Part shown: positions 1 through 9,370 of the stretch, one piece after another
How the letters are laid out: every line of letters starts with the position of its first letter
Position numbering within the stretch: the first letter of the stretch is position 1
NCBI GenBank assembly: GCA_965203175.1
Contig: OZ241867.1
Span: forward strand, 2,048,001-2,112,000
Direction of reading: 5' to 3'
DNA from: Candidatus Latescibacterota bacterium
Lineage (GTDB): Bacteria > Latescibacterota > UBA2968 > UBA8231
Length of the DNA stretch: 64,000 nucleotides
Position numbers and translations under genes: made by a program
Notes under the pieces: generated by a model
Seen by the model: the letters and a program-made list of their open reading frames with translations, nothing else
The model's database searches: none
Told to the model about the DNA's origin: nothing

Positions 1-2
1 TC

Positions 3-818
3 GACGTCAGTGACACCCGCATCTTGGCCCAGCTCAATATCTCCTCGCAGGGCATGTTGACGCAGGAAATCGGCGAGTTTGAGATCCCGGAGTACGCGGA
101 CGTGGATAAAGCCTGCCGCATGATCGAACAACACCGCGACCTCATCTTGGGCGTCAAGGTGCGGCTCACCCGCAACAGCATCGTCAGCGAGCGCTCGGGA
201 ATGCTGCCCCTACACCGGGCCCGCGAGGCCGCGGATGCCGCCGGTCTGCCCATTATGGTCCACCCGCAAGACGCTTGGTGCGACAGCCTCGATGATGTGC
301 TGGCCGTTATGAAACAGGGCGACATCCTCACCCATTGCTTCCACGGTATGAAGTGCGGGGTCCTCGACGAGGCCAGTCAAGTGCGCCCTGCGGTACACGA
401 GGCCGTGGAGCGCGGTGTGCTCTTTGACGTGGGGCACGGCGCTGGTTCTTTCTCTTGGGAGGTGGCCGAGACCGCTCTGAGTGCCGGCCTTGCGCCGCAT
501 ACTATCTCCTCAGATTTGCACGTGTACAACCTCCACGGGCCGGTATATGACTTAGTCAATGTCGTGTCTAAATTCTTCCACTTGGGCATGGACTTGGACA
601 CCGCGCTGGCTAAAGTCACCTCAGTGCCGGCCCAAGTTATTGGGATGCCGGACGAGATCGGCACCCTAGCAGTAGGTGCTTGGGGCGACGCCGTAGTACT
701 CGATGTGCGCCAGGGGCAGTTCCAGTTGGCCGATTCGGGCGGGGAGGTGCGCACGGGCCAACAGCAATTGGAACCGCTTGTTGTGGTCAAGGGCGGTCGA
801 GTTTATCGCCGGTATTGA
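3..818 (+). CDS. Amidohydrolase/deacetylase-family metallohydrolase (dihydroorotase-like), 5'-truncated by window edge
   Basis: The frame is open from position 3 (DVSDTRILAQLNIS). Motifs GVKVR, IMVH, LTHCFHG, FDVGHGAGSF, ISSDLH and GTLAVGAWGDAVVL are typical of this amidohydrolase group. Confidence 0.8.
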   Translation, partial: DVSDTRILAQLNISSQGMLTQEIGEFEIPEYADVDKACRMIEQHRDLILGVKVRLTRNSIVSERSGMLPLHRAREAADAAGLPIMVHPQDAWCDSLDDVLAVMKQGDILTHCFHGMKCGVLDEASQVRPAVHEAVERGVLFDVGHGAGSFSWEVAETALSAGLAPHTISSDLHVYNLHGPVYDLVNVVSKFFHLGMDLDTALAKVTSVPAQVIGMPDEIGTLAVGAWGDAVVLDVRQGQFQLADSGGEVRTGQQQLEPLVVVKGGRVYRRY

Positions 819-839
819 GACCCAACCTAGGAGAGGCTT

Positions 840-1583
840 GTGAGTTCATCTGAAAATCAGTATGACGTGATCGCCGAAGCCTATCAAGATTCAAAGCAAT
901 TGCCCTTTCGGAAATACATCGAAGCGTATTCTCTTTTCGAAATCTTGGGCGATATTCGCGGGACGACGGTTTTAGACTTGGCTTGTGGTGATGGGTTTTA
1001 CACGCGCAAAGTCAAGCAAGCCGGGGCACTGGAGGTCACCGGCGTCGATCTCTCCGCAGAGATGATCAAGTTGGCCGAAGACGAAGAACGCGCCCGCCCC
1101 TTGGGCTGTAAGTACTTGCACCGCGATGTGGCCGCGCTCGAGTTGTCTGAACCGGTTGATCTCGTGGTGGCCATGTACCTTTTGAATTACGCCAAGACGA
1201 AAGAGGAACTGCTCAGGTTTGTCGAGGTGGCTTACAACATGCTGCGGCCTGGGGGGCGATTCGTTGGCTTCAACGACAATGTTCAGTGCGTTGCCAAGGG
1301 AACTGTTTCCCTGGCTCAATACGGATTGGAAAAAGTGTGCGCCGATGACCCGCGAGAAGGCGATGTCGTTTTGTACAAATTGACCAATGAAGATGGGACG
1401 CAGTTTGAGTTTAAAAATTACTTTCTCAAACCAGAGACCTATCAGTGGGCCTTTCAAAAAGCTGGATTTGCCGATTTTCAATGGGTCGGTCCTTATTTGC
1501 ACCCGTCCCAGCAGCACAATCCATTTTGGGACGCCTTTATGTCTCATCCCCCAGTCATTGGCTTTAGCGCGGCGAAATCGTGA
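840..1583 (+). CDS. Class I SAM-dependent methyltransferase
   Basis: VLDLACGDGFY motif I, GVDLSAEMI and LRPGGRFV. GGAGAGG RBS lies just upstream of the GTG start. Confidence 0.88.
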   Translation: MSSSENQYDVIAEAYQDSKQLPFRKYIEAYSLFEILGDIRGTTVLDLACGDGFYTRKVKQAGALEVTGVDLSAEMIKLAEDEERARPLGCKYLHRDVAALELSEPVDLVVAMYLLNYAKTKEELLRFVEVAYNMLRPGGRFVGFNDNVQCVAKGTVSLAQYGLEKVCADDPREGDVVLYKLTNEDGTQFEFKNYFLKPETYQWAFQKAGFADFQWVGPYLHPSQQHNPFWDAFMSHPPVIGFSAAKS

Positions 1584-1615
1584 ACGATGAGTTACACCAG
1601 CGAGGAGTACGGATC

Positions 1616-4402
1616 ATGAACGCGAGATACGCATTTTTGCTAGCCCTCGTCTGTACTATGGGAGCGTTCGCAGAAGAGGAGGCGGACGAACGGAAGATAT
1701 ACGAAGTCGAAGAGATCACGGTGACCGGCTCCCGCATCAAAAGCGCGGAGACGCTCGCGCCAGCGCCGATTGTCGTCATGTCAGCCGAGGAAATCAGGGC
1801 GCAGGGCTTGGCCTCTCTTGGGGACGTGTTGCAAACGCTCACTGTGCAGTCCAATGCGATCAACACCCAAGCCAACAATGGCGGCGATGGCTCTACCCGC
1901 GTCAGTCTGCGCGGCCTCGGTTCCAATCGCACTCTGGTGTTGGTCAATGGCCGTCGCTTCGTGTCGGGCGGGACGGGTGCGAATTCATCCGTTGACCTAA
2001 ATGCCATTCCCGCCGCCGTCATCGAGCGCATTGAGGTGCTCAAAGACGGGGCCTCGGCCGTCTATGGCTCGGACGCCATCGGCGGCGTGGTCAACATCAT
2101 TACCAAGACCGCGATAGAGGGAATAGAGATCGACTATTACACGGGGACTTCGGGCGCGGGCGACGGCGAAGTTTTGGACCTCAGTGTAACTACCGGCCTA
2201 CAAAGCGAAAAAGGCCATATCGCTTTTTCGGCCGGCTACCACAACCGGCGGCCGGTTTGGACCGGCGATCGCAGCTTCAGTGAGTCGGACAAGGCCTACG
2301 ACTGGGAAAAGAACGACGGATCCTATAACAAAAACGGCAGTTCGGCTACCCCGGAAGGCCACATCATCGACCGCTCGGGTGACGAGGGGAACGAAGCTTG
2401 GCAGGCGGTCGTGGAGGCAGCCGGCGACGAGGCCGGGGATTACCACCGCGATCCGGATATTGGCTGGCGTCCCTTCAATTGGGCGGGGATCTCATCCGAC
2501 GGGAGCGGTGATACGTACAACTACCAGCCGGAAAATTACCTCTACACACCGCAGACGCGCTACAGCTCCTTTCTCAGCGGTTCCCATACCGTCGCTGAGG
2601 ATGCGAAGGCGTATTTCGAGGTGGTGTACACCAACCGCCAGTCCGACCAGAAGCTAGCGCCAACGCCGCTGTTTATCATCAGCGACGGGATCGTGGTGTC
2701 GGCCACCAATCGGTACAACGAATTCGGCCGCGATTTTATCGATGTGCGCCGGCGCTTTGTCGAGGCGGGGAATCGCAACTTCCTCCAGGATATCGATACC
2801 TACCGCATGGTGTTGGGGTTGGATCATCGGCTCGGAAGCTTTGACTCTGACTTGTCTTTTACCTACGGCCGCAGTGAGGGTACCAATGTCAACGAGGGCC
2901 GGTTCATTCTCAATCACGTAAAAAATGCCCTCGGGCCGGACGAGGATTGCACCGGCGACTGCGTCCCGCTGGACCTCCTCCACGGCGCCGGCACCATCAC
3001 CCAACCGATGGTAGATTACATCCAGTACACTGGCGTTGGCCGAGGCTATTCCCGGCAGCAAATTCTACAGTGGAACCTGACCGGTGAGGTAGCGCGTCTG
3101 CCTGCCGGTCCGCTGGCAGTGGCAGCCGGTCTCTCGTCGCGCTGGGAGGCGGGGGCTTACCTCCCCGATCCCATGACTGCATCGGGAAATACCACTGGCA
3201 GCAAAGCGTTCCCGACCGAGGGCTCGTACTCGGTCAGGGCGCTGTACGCAGAAACCCAACTGCCGATCTACGAAGCAGGGGCTGTCAGCCTCGATGCAAC
3301 GGCTGCCGGACGCGCCTTCGACTACGACACCTTCGGCGGGGGTTTCACCTATGAAGCTGGAAGCCGTCTCCAGCTTTCCGAGGGCCTAGCTTTCCGGGCC
3401 ACTTCCTCTAACGCCTTTCGCGCCCCCAGTATCGCCGAAATGTTCCTCGGCACCAGCGATTCTTTTCCCTTGGTCAGCGATCCCTGTAGCAGGGTGGACG
3501 AAGCGGGCAATGCCCGGGAGTTGACCGCTCAGCAGGAGCGGAATTGCGCCGACCAAGGCATCCCGGACGATTTCGAGGACTCGCGCGCTCAGCTATTGGC
3601 AAAGTTGGGTGGCTCTACGGATCTCGATCCGGAAAAGGCCGCGATGATCACTGCGGGCGTGGTGTACCAGCCGGATTTCTTGGGGGGATTAGACCTGACC
3701 GTTGACTACTATACCACCAAGATCGAGGATGAGATCGGCACCCTGCCAGCTAGCCTCATTCTGAGCAACTGCTACTCGCAGGACGTGCCATCCGACTGCG
3801 ATCAAGTCGTGCGCGATCCGGACAACCACCTGATCACCCAGATTCTGGCGACCAATACCAATATCGGGGAGACTGAAACTAGTGGTGTGGATTTCGGACT
3901 TAACTACATTGCAGATGCGCCCATTGGTGTTATCTCGGCACAGTTCGAGAGCAACATGCTCGTTAAGTACGAGCAAACGCTGCCCTCAGCCAGCGGTCCT
4001 GAGCTGGTCAAGGGCTTGGGTTACTACGACTTGGGCGTGTTTCCCGAGTGGCGTCATACCGCTTCCGTTGGCGTGGCAAAGGAGCGTTTTTCCGCTGGGT
4101 TGACGTGGCGCTACATTGGCGGATTTGAGGAGTGCGAGGACGACGACTGCAAGGGCAAGTACCGCGCGGATGTAGAAGAAGTGCCGCCGAGCCGCAAGAT
4201 TGATCCGAACAGTGTCTTCAATGTGCGTGGATCGTACGAACTGGGAACGGCTCTTGGACTCTCCACCCTGACCGTCGGCATCAACAATCTACTCGATCAG
4301 CCGCCGGCGGTGATCTTCAATGGGTTCCTCGGCACTTCTGATTCAAGCACTTATGACTTTATGGGCCGCTACCTATACGTGCGCCTGTCCCATTCTCGGT
4401 AG
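1616..4402 (+). CDS. TonB-dependent outer-membrane receptor
   Basis: Signal peptide; TonB box EEITVTGSRI; plug motifs SLRGLGSNRTLVLVNGRR and IERIEVLKDGASAVYGSDAIGGVVNIIT; C-terminal GINNLLD..GRYLYVRL. ATG 1616 follows GAGGAG and is preferred over the GTG at 1580. Confidence 0.92.
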   Translation: MNARYAFLLALVCTMGAFAEEEADERKIYEVEEITVTGSRIKSAETLAPAPIVVMSAEEIRAQGLASLGDVLQTLTVQSNAINTQANNGGDGSTRVSLRGLGSNRTLVLVNGRRFVSGGTGANSSVDLNAIPAAVIERIEVLKDGASAVYGSDAIGGVVNIITKTAIEGIEIDYYTGTSGAGDGEVLDLSVTTGLQSEKGHIAFSAGYHNRRPVWTGDRSFSESDKAYDWEKNDGSYNKNGSSATPEGHIIDRSGDEGNEAWQAVVEAAGDEAGDYHRDPDIGWRPFNWAGISSDGSGDTYNYQPENYLYTPQTRYSSFLSGSHTVAEDAKAYFEVVYTNRQSDQKLAPTPLFIISDGIVVSATNRYNEFGRDFIDVRRRFVEAGNRNFLQDIDTYRMVLGLDHRLGSFDSDLSFTYGRSEGTNVNEGRFILNHVKNALGPDEDCTGDCVPLDLLHGAGTITQPMVDYIQYTGVGRGYSRQQILQWNLTGEVARLPAGPLAVAAGLSSRWEAGAYLPDPMTASGNTTGSKAFPTEGSYSVRALYAETQLPIYEAGAVSLDATAAGRAFDYDTFGGGFTYEAGSRLQLSEGLAFRATSSNAFRAPSIAEMFLGTSDSFPLVSDPCSRVDEAGNARELTAQQERNCADQGIPDDFEDSRAQLLAKLGGSTDLDPEKAAMITAGVVYQPDFLGGLDLTVDYYTTKIEDEIGTLPASLILSNCYSQDVPSDCDQVVRDPDNHLITQILATNTNIGETETSGVDFGLNYIADAPIGVISAQFESNMLVKYEQTLPSASGPELVKGLGYYDLGVFPEWRHTASVGVAKERFSAGLTWRYIGGFEECEDDDCKGKYRADVEEVPPSRKIDPNSVFNVRGSYELGTALGLSTLTVGINNLLDQPPAVIFNGFLGTSDSSTYDFMGRYLYVRLSHSR

Positions 4403-4431
4403 GGTCACTTATTGCGTTGGCCCTACCGAGA
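4394..4431. terminator. 14-bp stem hairpin between convergent receptor genes (bidirectional terminator or REP-like)
   Basis: TCTCGGTAGGGTCA-N10-TGGCCCTACCGAGA with one G-T pair; no clear U-tract. Confidence 0.5.
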
Positions 4432-4454
4432 CGGGGCAAGTGGACTGCTGACCG

Positions 4455-7106
4455 CTAATAATCGTACGTCAATGAAATATTCCAGCGGCGTCCCAACCCG
4501 AGGAATACGCGAGCGCTTGCGGCGTCGTGGCCATCGCCATCATCGGCATCGGACACGTAGCTTTCGTCGAGCAAATTGAAGACGTGCAATCGCAGCTTCA
4601 TATTGCTGAACGAAGCGCCGGGCAGCGTGTAACTCGCGTGTAGATCCATCAGATTGTAATCTGGGAGTTTCCAAGACTGTGCTCGGTCGTCGGGGTCGGT
4701 TCGGTTGGCGGGATCAAATTTGGCGTAGTGATCCATGAACCGCCGCACACCTAGCGAGGCGTAGAGGCCGCGCGTGGGAAATACCGCACCGCTCAGGCGC
4801 AGGGTCTTTTGCGCTGCGTCGCCCACCTTTAGCCCTTTGGCATAGACTTGAAATTCGCCGATCGTCTCTGGATCCTCTTCGGGTGAAAATGTCACATCGA
4901 CATCGTTGAGCCATTCCCAATTGCCCAGCGACACCATGCCGCGCACCTCAAATTTGTCATGGGGACGCGCCTTCAGGTCTAGCTCTACGCCGGTATGCAG
5001 CGCGTCAATGCCGTTTAGCAGAAATCGCAAGCGCTGGTCGAGCTTTTCGCTGTAAATACTCTTGGGCCACGAGCGGTCTATCCACTTGGTGTAATAAAAG
5101 TTTGCGTTGCCGGTAAACATGCCGCGTTTGAAATAACCGGCACCCAGTTCAAAAGAGGCGACTTTTTCATTGAACGTGGGATCGTACAGGCTGTTGTCGT
5201 AGTGGTAAACCGAGTCGAATTTGGGCGCGGTCGAGAGCCAGCCCATGTTGGCATACACATTGACTGTGGGAGTGGCGTTGTAGTTGCCGCCCACTTTCAT
5301 GGTGTAGCCGGAGAAGTTTTCCCAGGCTGTCTGGTCCCAGTCACCATCGACCTTGGCGCGGAAATAGTCGATGCGCTTATAACCAGTCACCGATCCCGAG
5401 GTGCTCAAAAAGGCCGAGAATTTGTCAAACTGCCCTTCGAGCTGTGCAAAGCCGCCCCCCCAGCGCGTAAGGCCATCGTTGTGGTAGGAGACTTTGTCGC
5501 CGAGTCGCTTGACGACGGTCGTGGCATTGTTGTCCCATTCAAAGACGTAGTAGTCGGCTCCGAGCAGATTGCGCACTTCGCGCCAGTGCTGCCCTTTGTA
5601 ATAGCGCAAATCTGTGCCAAAGGTCAGCTTGTAGATGTCGCTCAAATGGTATTCGGCCGTGCCCAAATATCCATACCAAAAGTGCTGATTGACCGAGTTG
5701 CGGATAATGGTCTGTGCTGCGATTTCGTCGGCACCCACTGCGCCGGCAGCTACCAATGCGGAATCGGCTTGGGTATTCAACTCATCAGCAACGCGTTGCC
5801 AGTTGATGGTGCCATCGTCGAGTGTGCCCGGATTGGCGCCCAAACGCCCGGTGCCGCCGCCTTTCCCGCGCGAGAAGTAGAATACATTGGACAACATGAA
5901 TTGCGCGCTGGGGGTCCAGTACCAGTTCAAATTGGCCTGGGGTTTGTGGTAAAAATTTTCGCGCTCCATGATGATTGCGCTGTCGCGCGCATCGTGGACG
6001 CTGCCGTTGTAATACTCTTGATAGGACGAAAAGGGCGAGCGTCCCCAGTTGGGATTGTAATCGACGCCGTAGTTTTTTGCGTCTGTAACGTCAATGCCCA
6101 ATGAGCGGGCGTAATCGGCGTCAAAGGTTGCAATGGACTGCTTGTAAAGACGGTGCCCGTGGCGCTGCGGTGCGCCGGTGACGAACAGATCGATTTTGTG
6201 CGTGTCGGATGCCAAAAAGCTCAACGCACCAAAGTAGGCCCACGCCGAGGACCACGCCTGAGCGGGCAGGCCCTCGCTGCTCTTGCGCGTCATGCCCACG
6301 GTGAAAGCCGTTTTTTTGTCGATCAAACCCGAGGAAAAATTGAGCGTGGTTTTGTAAAAGGCGTTATTCCCAGCCTCCTGTTTGAGTTTGAATCCGCGCC
6401 GCTGACTGGCGATATCGGTGATGATGTTCATGGTGCCACCCACCGAGGCAATCGCCAGATTGGAAGCTCCCAATCCGCGCTGTACTTGGATTGACGACGT
6501 GACATCACTCAGCCCATCCCAGTTGGACCAATAGACCCAGCCGTTTTCCATATCGTTGACGGGTACGCCGTTGATCATAACGGCGACATTGCGCTGGTCA
6601 AAGCCGCGCACATTGATGCGGGAGTCGCCGGCCCCTCCGCCTTGCGCGGTTGCATACACGCCCGGCGTATCATTTAAAATCAGCGGCAGATCGCGCGAGC
6701 CGAGTTTGCGCTGCATGTCGGCTTTGGGCACATCGGAGAAGGCGACGGGTGTTTCGCGCATTTTAGCCCGGTCGGCGACGATGATGATTTCTTTGCCGCG
6801 AAATACCTCGGGCATGAGTTCGACAAACAACTCGACCGCATCCGCTTCTACGACAACGGGGCTGCGGTGTTCTTTGTATCCGATAAAGCTTACGACGAGC
6901 GTGTGGCTGCCGGCACCGACATTGGCGATGGCAAATTGTCCGTCGAGGTCTGTAGAGGCTCCGCGCTCGACGCCTTCTATATATACGTTGGCACCCGGCA
7001 GTGACTCGCCGGTTTCGGCATCGCGCACGGTGCCTTTTAATTCGGCGGCAGACAGAGCTGAATGGGCGAGGAGCAGCAAGGAAAAAAGCGTGATCATTGG
7101 CTTCAT
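4455..7106 (-). CDS. TonB-dependent receptor with N-terminal carboxypeptidase-regulatory-like domain (FCB-type)
   Basis: Signal peptide; GTVRDAETGESLPGANV..GASTDLDGQF..VSFIGY; plug INVRGFDQRNVAVMINGVPVND and IQVQRGLGAS; aromatic C-terminus (LTYDY); GGAGG RBS. Confidence 0.92.
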   Translation of the reverse strand: MKPMITLFSLLLLAHSALSAAELKGTVRDAETGESLPGANVYIEGVERGASTDLDGQFAIANVGAGSHTLVVSFIGYKEHRSPVVVEADAVELFVELMPEVFRGKEIIIVADRAKMRETPVAFSDVPKADMQRKLGSRDLPLILNDTPGVYATAQGGGAGDSRINVRGFDQRNVAVMINGVPVNDMENGWVYWSNWDGLSDVTSSIQVQRGLGASNLAIASVGGTMNIITDIASQRRGFKLKQEAGNNAFYKTTLNFSSGLIDKKTAFTVGMTRKSSEGLPAQAWSSAWAYFGALSFLASDTHKIDLFVTGAPQRHGHRLYKQSIATFDADYARSLGIDVTDAKNYGVDYNPNWGRSPFSSYQEYYNGSVHDARDSAIIMERENFYHKPQANLNWYWTPSAQFMLSNVFYFSRGKGGGTGRLGANPGTLDDGTINWQRVADELNTQADSALVAAGAVGADEIAAQTIIRNSVNQHFWYGYLGTAEYHLSDIYKLTFGTDLRYYKGQHWREVRNLLGADYYVFEWDNNATTVVKRLGDKVSYHNDGLTRWGGGFAQLEGQFDKFSAFLSTSGSVTGYKRIDYFRAKVDGDWDQTAWENFSGYTMKVGGNYNATPTVNVYANMGWLSTAPKFDSVYHYDNSLYDPTFNEKVASFELGAGYFKRGMFTGNANFYYTKWIDRSWPKSIYSEKLDQRLRFLLNGIDALHTGVELDLKARPHDKFEVRGMVSLGNWEWLNDVDVTFSPEEDPETIGEFQVYAKGLKVGDAAQKTLRLSGAVFPTRGLYASLGVRRFMDHYAKFDPANRTDPDDRAQSWKLPDYNLMDLHASYTLPGASFSNMKLRLHVFNLLDESYVSDADDGDGHDAASARVFLGLGRRWNISLTYDY

Positions 7107-7190
7107 GGGACACCTCCGTGGGGGAATGGGGACGCAGCAGTGCCGTTATGTTTATATCATTTTTATATAAAATTTAATTAAAACATATTT

Positions 7191-7219
7191 AATCTAATGA
7201 ATCGCGGATGCTCCGTCAA
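7191..7219 (-). promoter_or_regulatory. Putative sigma70 promoter of the minus-strand receptor
   Basis: Minus strand TTGACG (7219-7214), 17 bp spacer, TAGATT (7196-7191), followed by an extremely AT-rich tract. Confidence 0.55.
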
Positions 7220-7294
7220 GTTCCGTCGCCGTTGGGGGTAGAGAGGGGAGTGGGATGCTGCCCGACCCTTAATTGACTCCTAGTTCACTTGCTG

Positions 7295-7323
7295 TTGACA
7301 TGTGTACCGGCACACGGTACGTT
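7295..7323 (+). promoter_or_regulatory. sigma70 promoter of higBA with palindromic operator
   Basis: TTGACA (7295-7300), 17 bp spacer, TACGTT (7318-7323). The inverted repeat GTACCG-N5-CGGTAC (7304-7320) overlaps the spacer and -10. Confidence 0.7.
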
Positions 7324-7328
7324 TTTTT

Positions 7329-7607
7329 ATGATTCGGACGCTTCGACATCGCGGCCTCAAGCGGTTGTACGAGCACGGAGATCCCAGCAAAGTACGTGCT
7401 GATCAAACGGAACGGATCGCACTCGCTTTGGCGGACCTCGACGACGCTAGCAAGCCGTCGGACCTCGATTTACCAAGGTATAGGCTTCACCCGCTGAAGG
7501 GTGATTTGAAAGGATTTTGGAGCATCTCGATTTCCGCTCACTGGCGAATCATCTTCCGCTTTGAGGAGGGTGATGCGTACGACGTCGACTTGATCGATTA
7601 TCACTAG
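7329..7607 (+). CDS. higB: HigB (RelE/ParE-family) toxin
   Basis: MIRTLRHRGLKRLYE...YRLHPLKGDLKGFWSISISAHWRIIFRFEEGDAYDVDLIDYH. The toxin lies upstream of the antitoxin. The ORF-track start at 7302 falls inside the promoter. Confidence 0.9.
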   Translation: MIRTLRHRGLKRLYEHGDPSKVRADQTERIALALADLDDASKPSDLDLPRYRLHPLKGDLKGFWSISISAHWRIIFRFEEGDAYDVDLIDYH

Positions 7608-7622
7608 TAAGAGGCATAAATT

Positions 7623-7916
7623 ATGGCTATGAAGAATCCCCCGCATCCTGGTTATAGCATCAAGGAGAATTGCCTAGATCCGCTCGGTCTGAACGTCACC
7701 GAGGCAGCGAAGGTATTGGGCGTGGCCCGTCACACGCTTTCGCGCGTACTGAATGGACATGCAGGCATTTCGCCGGAGATGGCCATTCGGCTGGAGAAGG
7801 CGGGCTGGTCTAACGCCGAATTCTGGCTGCGTCGGCAGACCTCGTACGATCTGGCGCAAGCGCGCAGGGGCGAAGACCAGATCAAGGTCGAGCGTTATCA
7901 GCCGCAGGTAGCCTGA
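7623..7916 (+). CDS. higA: HigA antitoxin (Xre HTH)
   Basis: [52 protein letters not shown]. Confidence 0.92.
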   Translation: MAMKNPPHPGYSIKENCLDPLGLNVTEAAKVLGVARHTLSRVLNGHAGISPEMAIRLEKAGWSNAEFWLRRQTSYDLAQARRGEDQIKVERYQPQVA

Positions 7917-8017
7917 AGCGACGATCCGAGAATATTTTATTCTCGCCCACAATCCAAACGGTCAATTCGCAGCAAAGTAGACCTGCGAATGTGCTACGAC
8001 CACACCCACTAATCCCT

Positions 8018-9370
8018 TCAAAACCGCAACGCAAACACCGTCCGCACGCCTGGTTCCGAACGGGCGGAGATGGACCCCCGGTGGAGCCGCATGATTTGGC
8101 GGCACAGGCTCAGCCCGATGCCGGAGCCGTCCGGCTTGGTCGTGAAAAAGGGAATGAAGACCTTGCCGAGTGCTTCTTCGACGATCCCTGGCCCATTGTC
8201 CGCGACCTCGACGACGACCTTGTCGTGCGCCAGATGAGCGGTCAAGTCAACGCGGGCTCCAGCGCGGCCAGCCGTGGCTTCGCGGGCATTGCTCAGTAGG
8301 TTGATGAGGATCTGCTCGACTTGCTCGGGGTCGGCGGTCAATTCGAGGCTGGGGGGATTGACCTCGGTGTGCAACTCGACTGCGGACTCGGTGAATTGGG
8401 ACCGCATTAGCTGCTCTACCCGAGCGAATAGACCGGCTGCCGGGACGATCTCAAAGGAGGGGGCTGGTACGCGGGTGAGGTCGCGGTAGGCTTCGACAAA
8501 GTGCAGCAGGCCCTCGCTGCGGCGCTGGATGGTGCTCACCGCAGTGCGGATGTCTTCGGTGCTCTCGGCATCGAGGGAATCGTCTTTTAGCATTCCGTCC
8601 GCGGTGGCGGCCAGCGAAGCAATGGGGGTGATGGAATTCATGATCTCGTGGGTGAGCACGCGGATCAGGTTTTGCCAAGCCTCCATTTCTTTTTCGTCGA
8701 GGTCGGGGCCAATGTCGTGGAGAGCTACTAGGGTGTTCTTGCGGTCGCCGATCTGGAATACCGAGGCGTGCAGGGCGAGTCGGACTTCCTCCAAACTCAC
8801 TAGGTCGCGGCCTTGAGGCCCGAGGCTTTGCAGGGTGGTGGTTAGGATGGGGTTGATTCGGTTGAGATCGGCAATGTGGCCCAAGCGGGGCACCCCCAAC
8901 AGGCGCTTGGCCGCGTTGTTGATCAGCGACACCTCGCCAGCGTTGTCGAAGACGATCAAGCCGACGCCAATGTGCTGCACCACGGTTTGCAGATAGCGCG
9001 CCTGTTCTTCCTTTTCGGCGCGCGCTTGGCGAAAGGCGTCGAGGACTTCGTTGAACGCGGTCTTGAGTTCGTCGAAAGAGGAGCCGAGGCCGCCGGTGAC
9101 AAAGGTCTGCGAGAAATCGGCGTAGCGGATGGCGTTCAAAAAGCGCGCTAGATCGCGGTTGGCGCGCTCGACGTAGTGAACGAGGGCGTAGAGTTGGTAG
9201 AGCAGGACGAAGCCGACGGCGATGGGGACGGCCAGATGATAGGTTCCTTTGGCTATTATATAGAACAGCAGCCACAGGGTGGCGCCGAAGAAGACGACGC
9301 GCAGCACGATCCGCGTGCGGAAGGCGCGGGCTCCTTGCGCCAAGCGATGCAGAACGTCCTTAAAGTCCAT
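8018..9370 (-). CDS. Sensor histidine kinase (two closely spaced TM helices, HAMP-like and PAS-like regions, HisKA, HATPase)
   Basis: H-box LTHEIMNSITPI, N-box QILINLLSNA, DNGPGI, FIPFFTTK, GSGIGLSL. It overlaps the 3' end of the regulator. Confidence 0.92.
   Translation of the reverse strand: MDFKDVLHRLAQGARAFRTRIVLRVVFFGATLWLLFYIIAKGTYHLAVPIAVGFVLLYQLYALVHYVERANRDLARFLNAIRYADFSQTFVTGGLGSSFDELKTAFNEVLDAFRQARAEKEEQARYLQTVVQHIGVGLIVFDNAGEVSLINNAAKRLLGVPRLGHIADLNRINPILTTTLQSLGPQGRDLVSLEEVRLALHASVFQIGDRKNTLVALHDIGPDLDEKEMEAWQNLIRVLTHEIMNSITPIASLAATADGMLKDDSLDAESTEDIRTAVSTIQRRSEGLLHFVEAYRDLTRVPAPSFEIVPAAGLFARVEQLMRSQFTESAVELHTEVNPPSLELTADPEQVEQILINLLSNAREATAGRAGARVDLTAHLAHDKVVVEVADNGPGIVEEALGKVFIPFFTTKPDGSGIGLSLCRQIMRLHRGSISARSEPGVRTVFALRF

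Noticed and set aside
840-1583. Assignment as toxoflavin methyltransferase toxA
   Set aside because: The resemblance is only general and no other toxoflavin genes are nearby, so it is left as a generic SAM methyltransferase.
5202-6104. 300-aa plus-strand ORF and the many other short overlapping ORFs
   Set aside because: They are antisense or alternate-frame shadows of well-supported genes.
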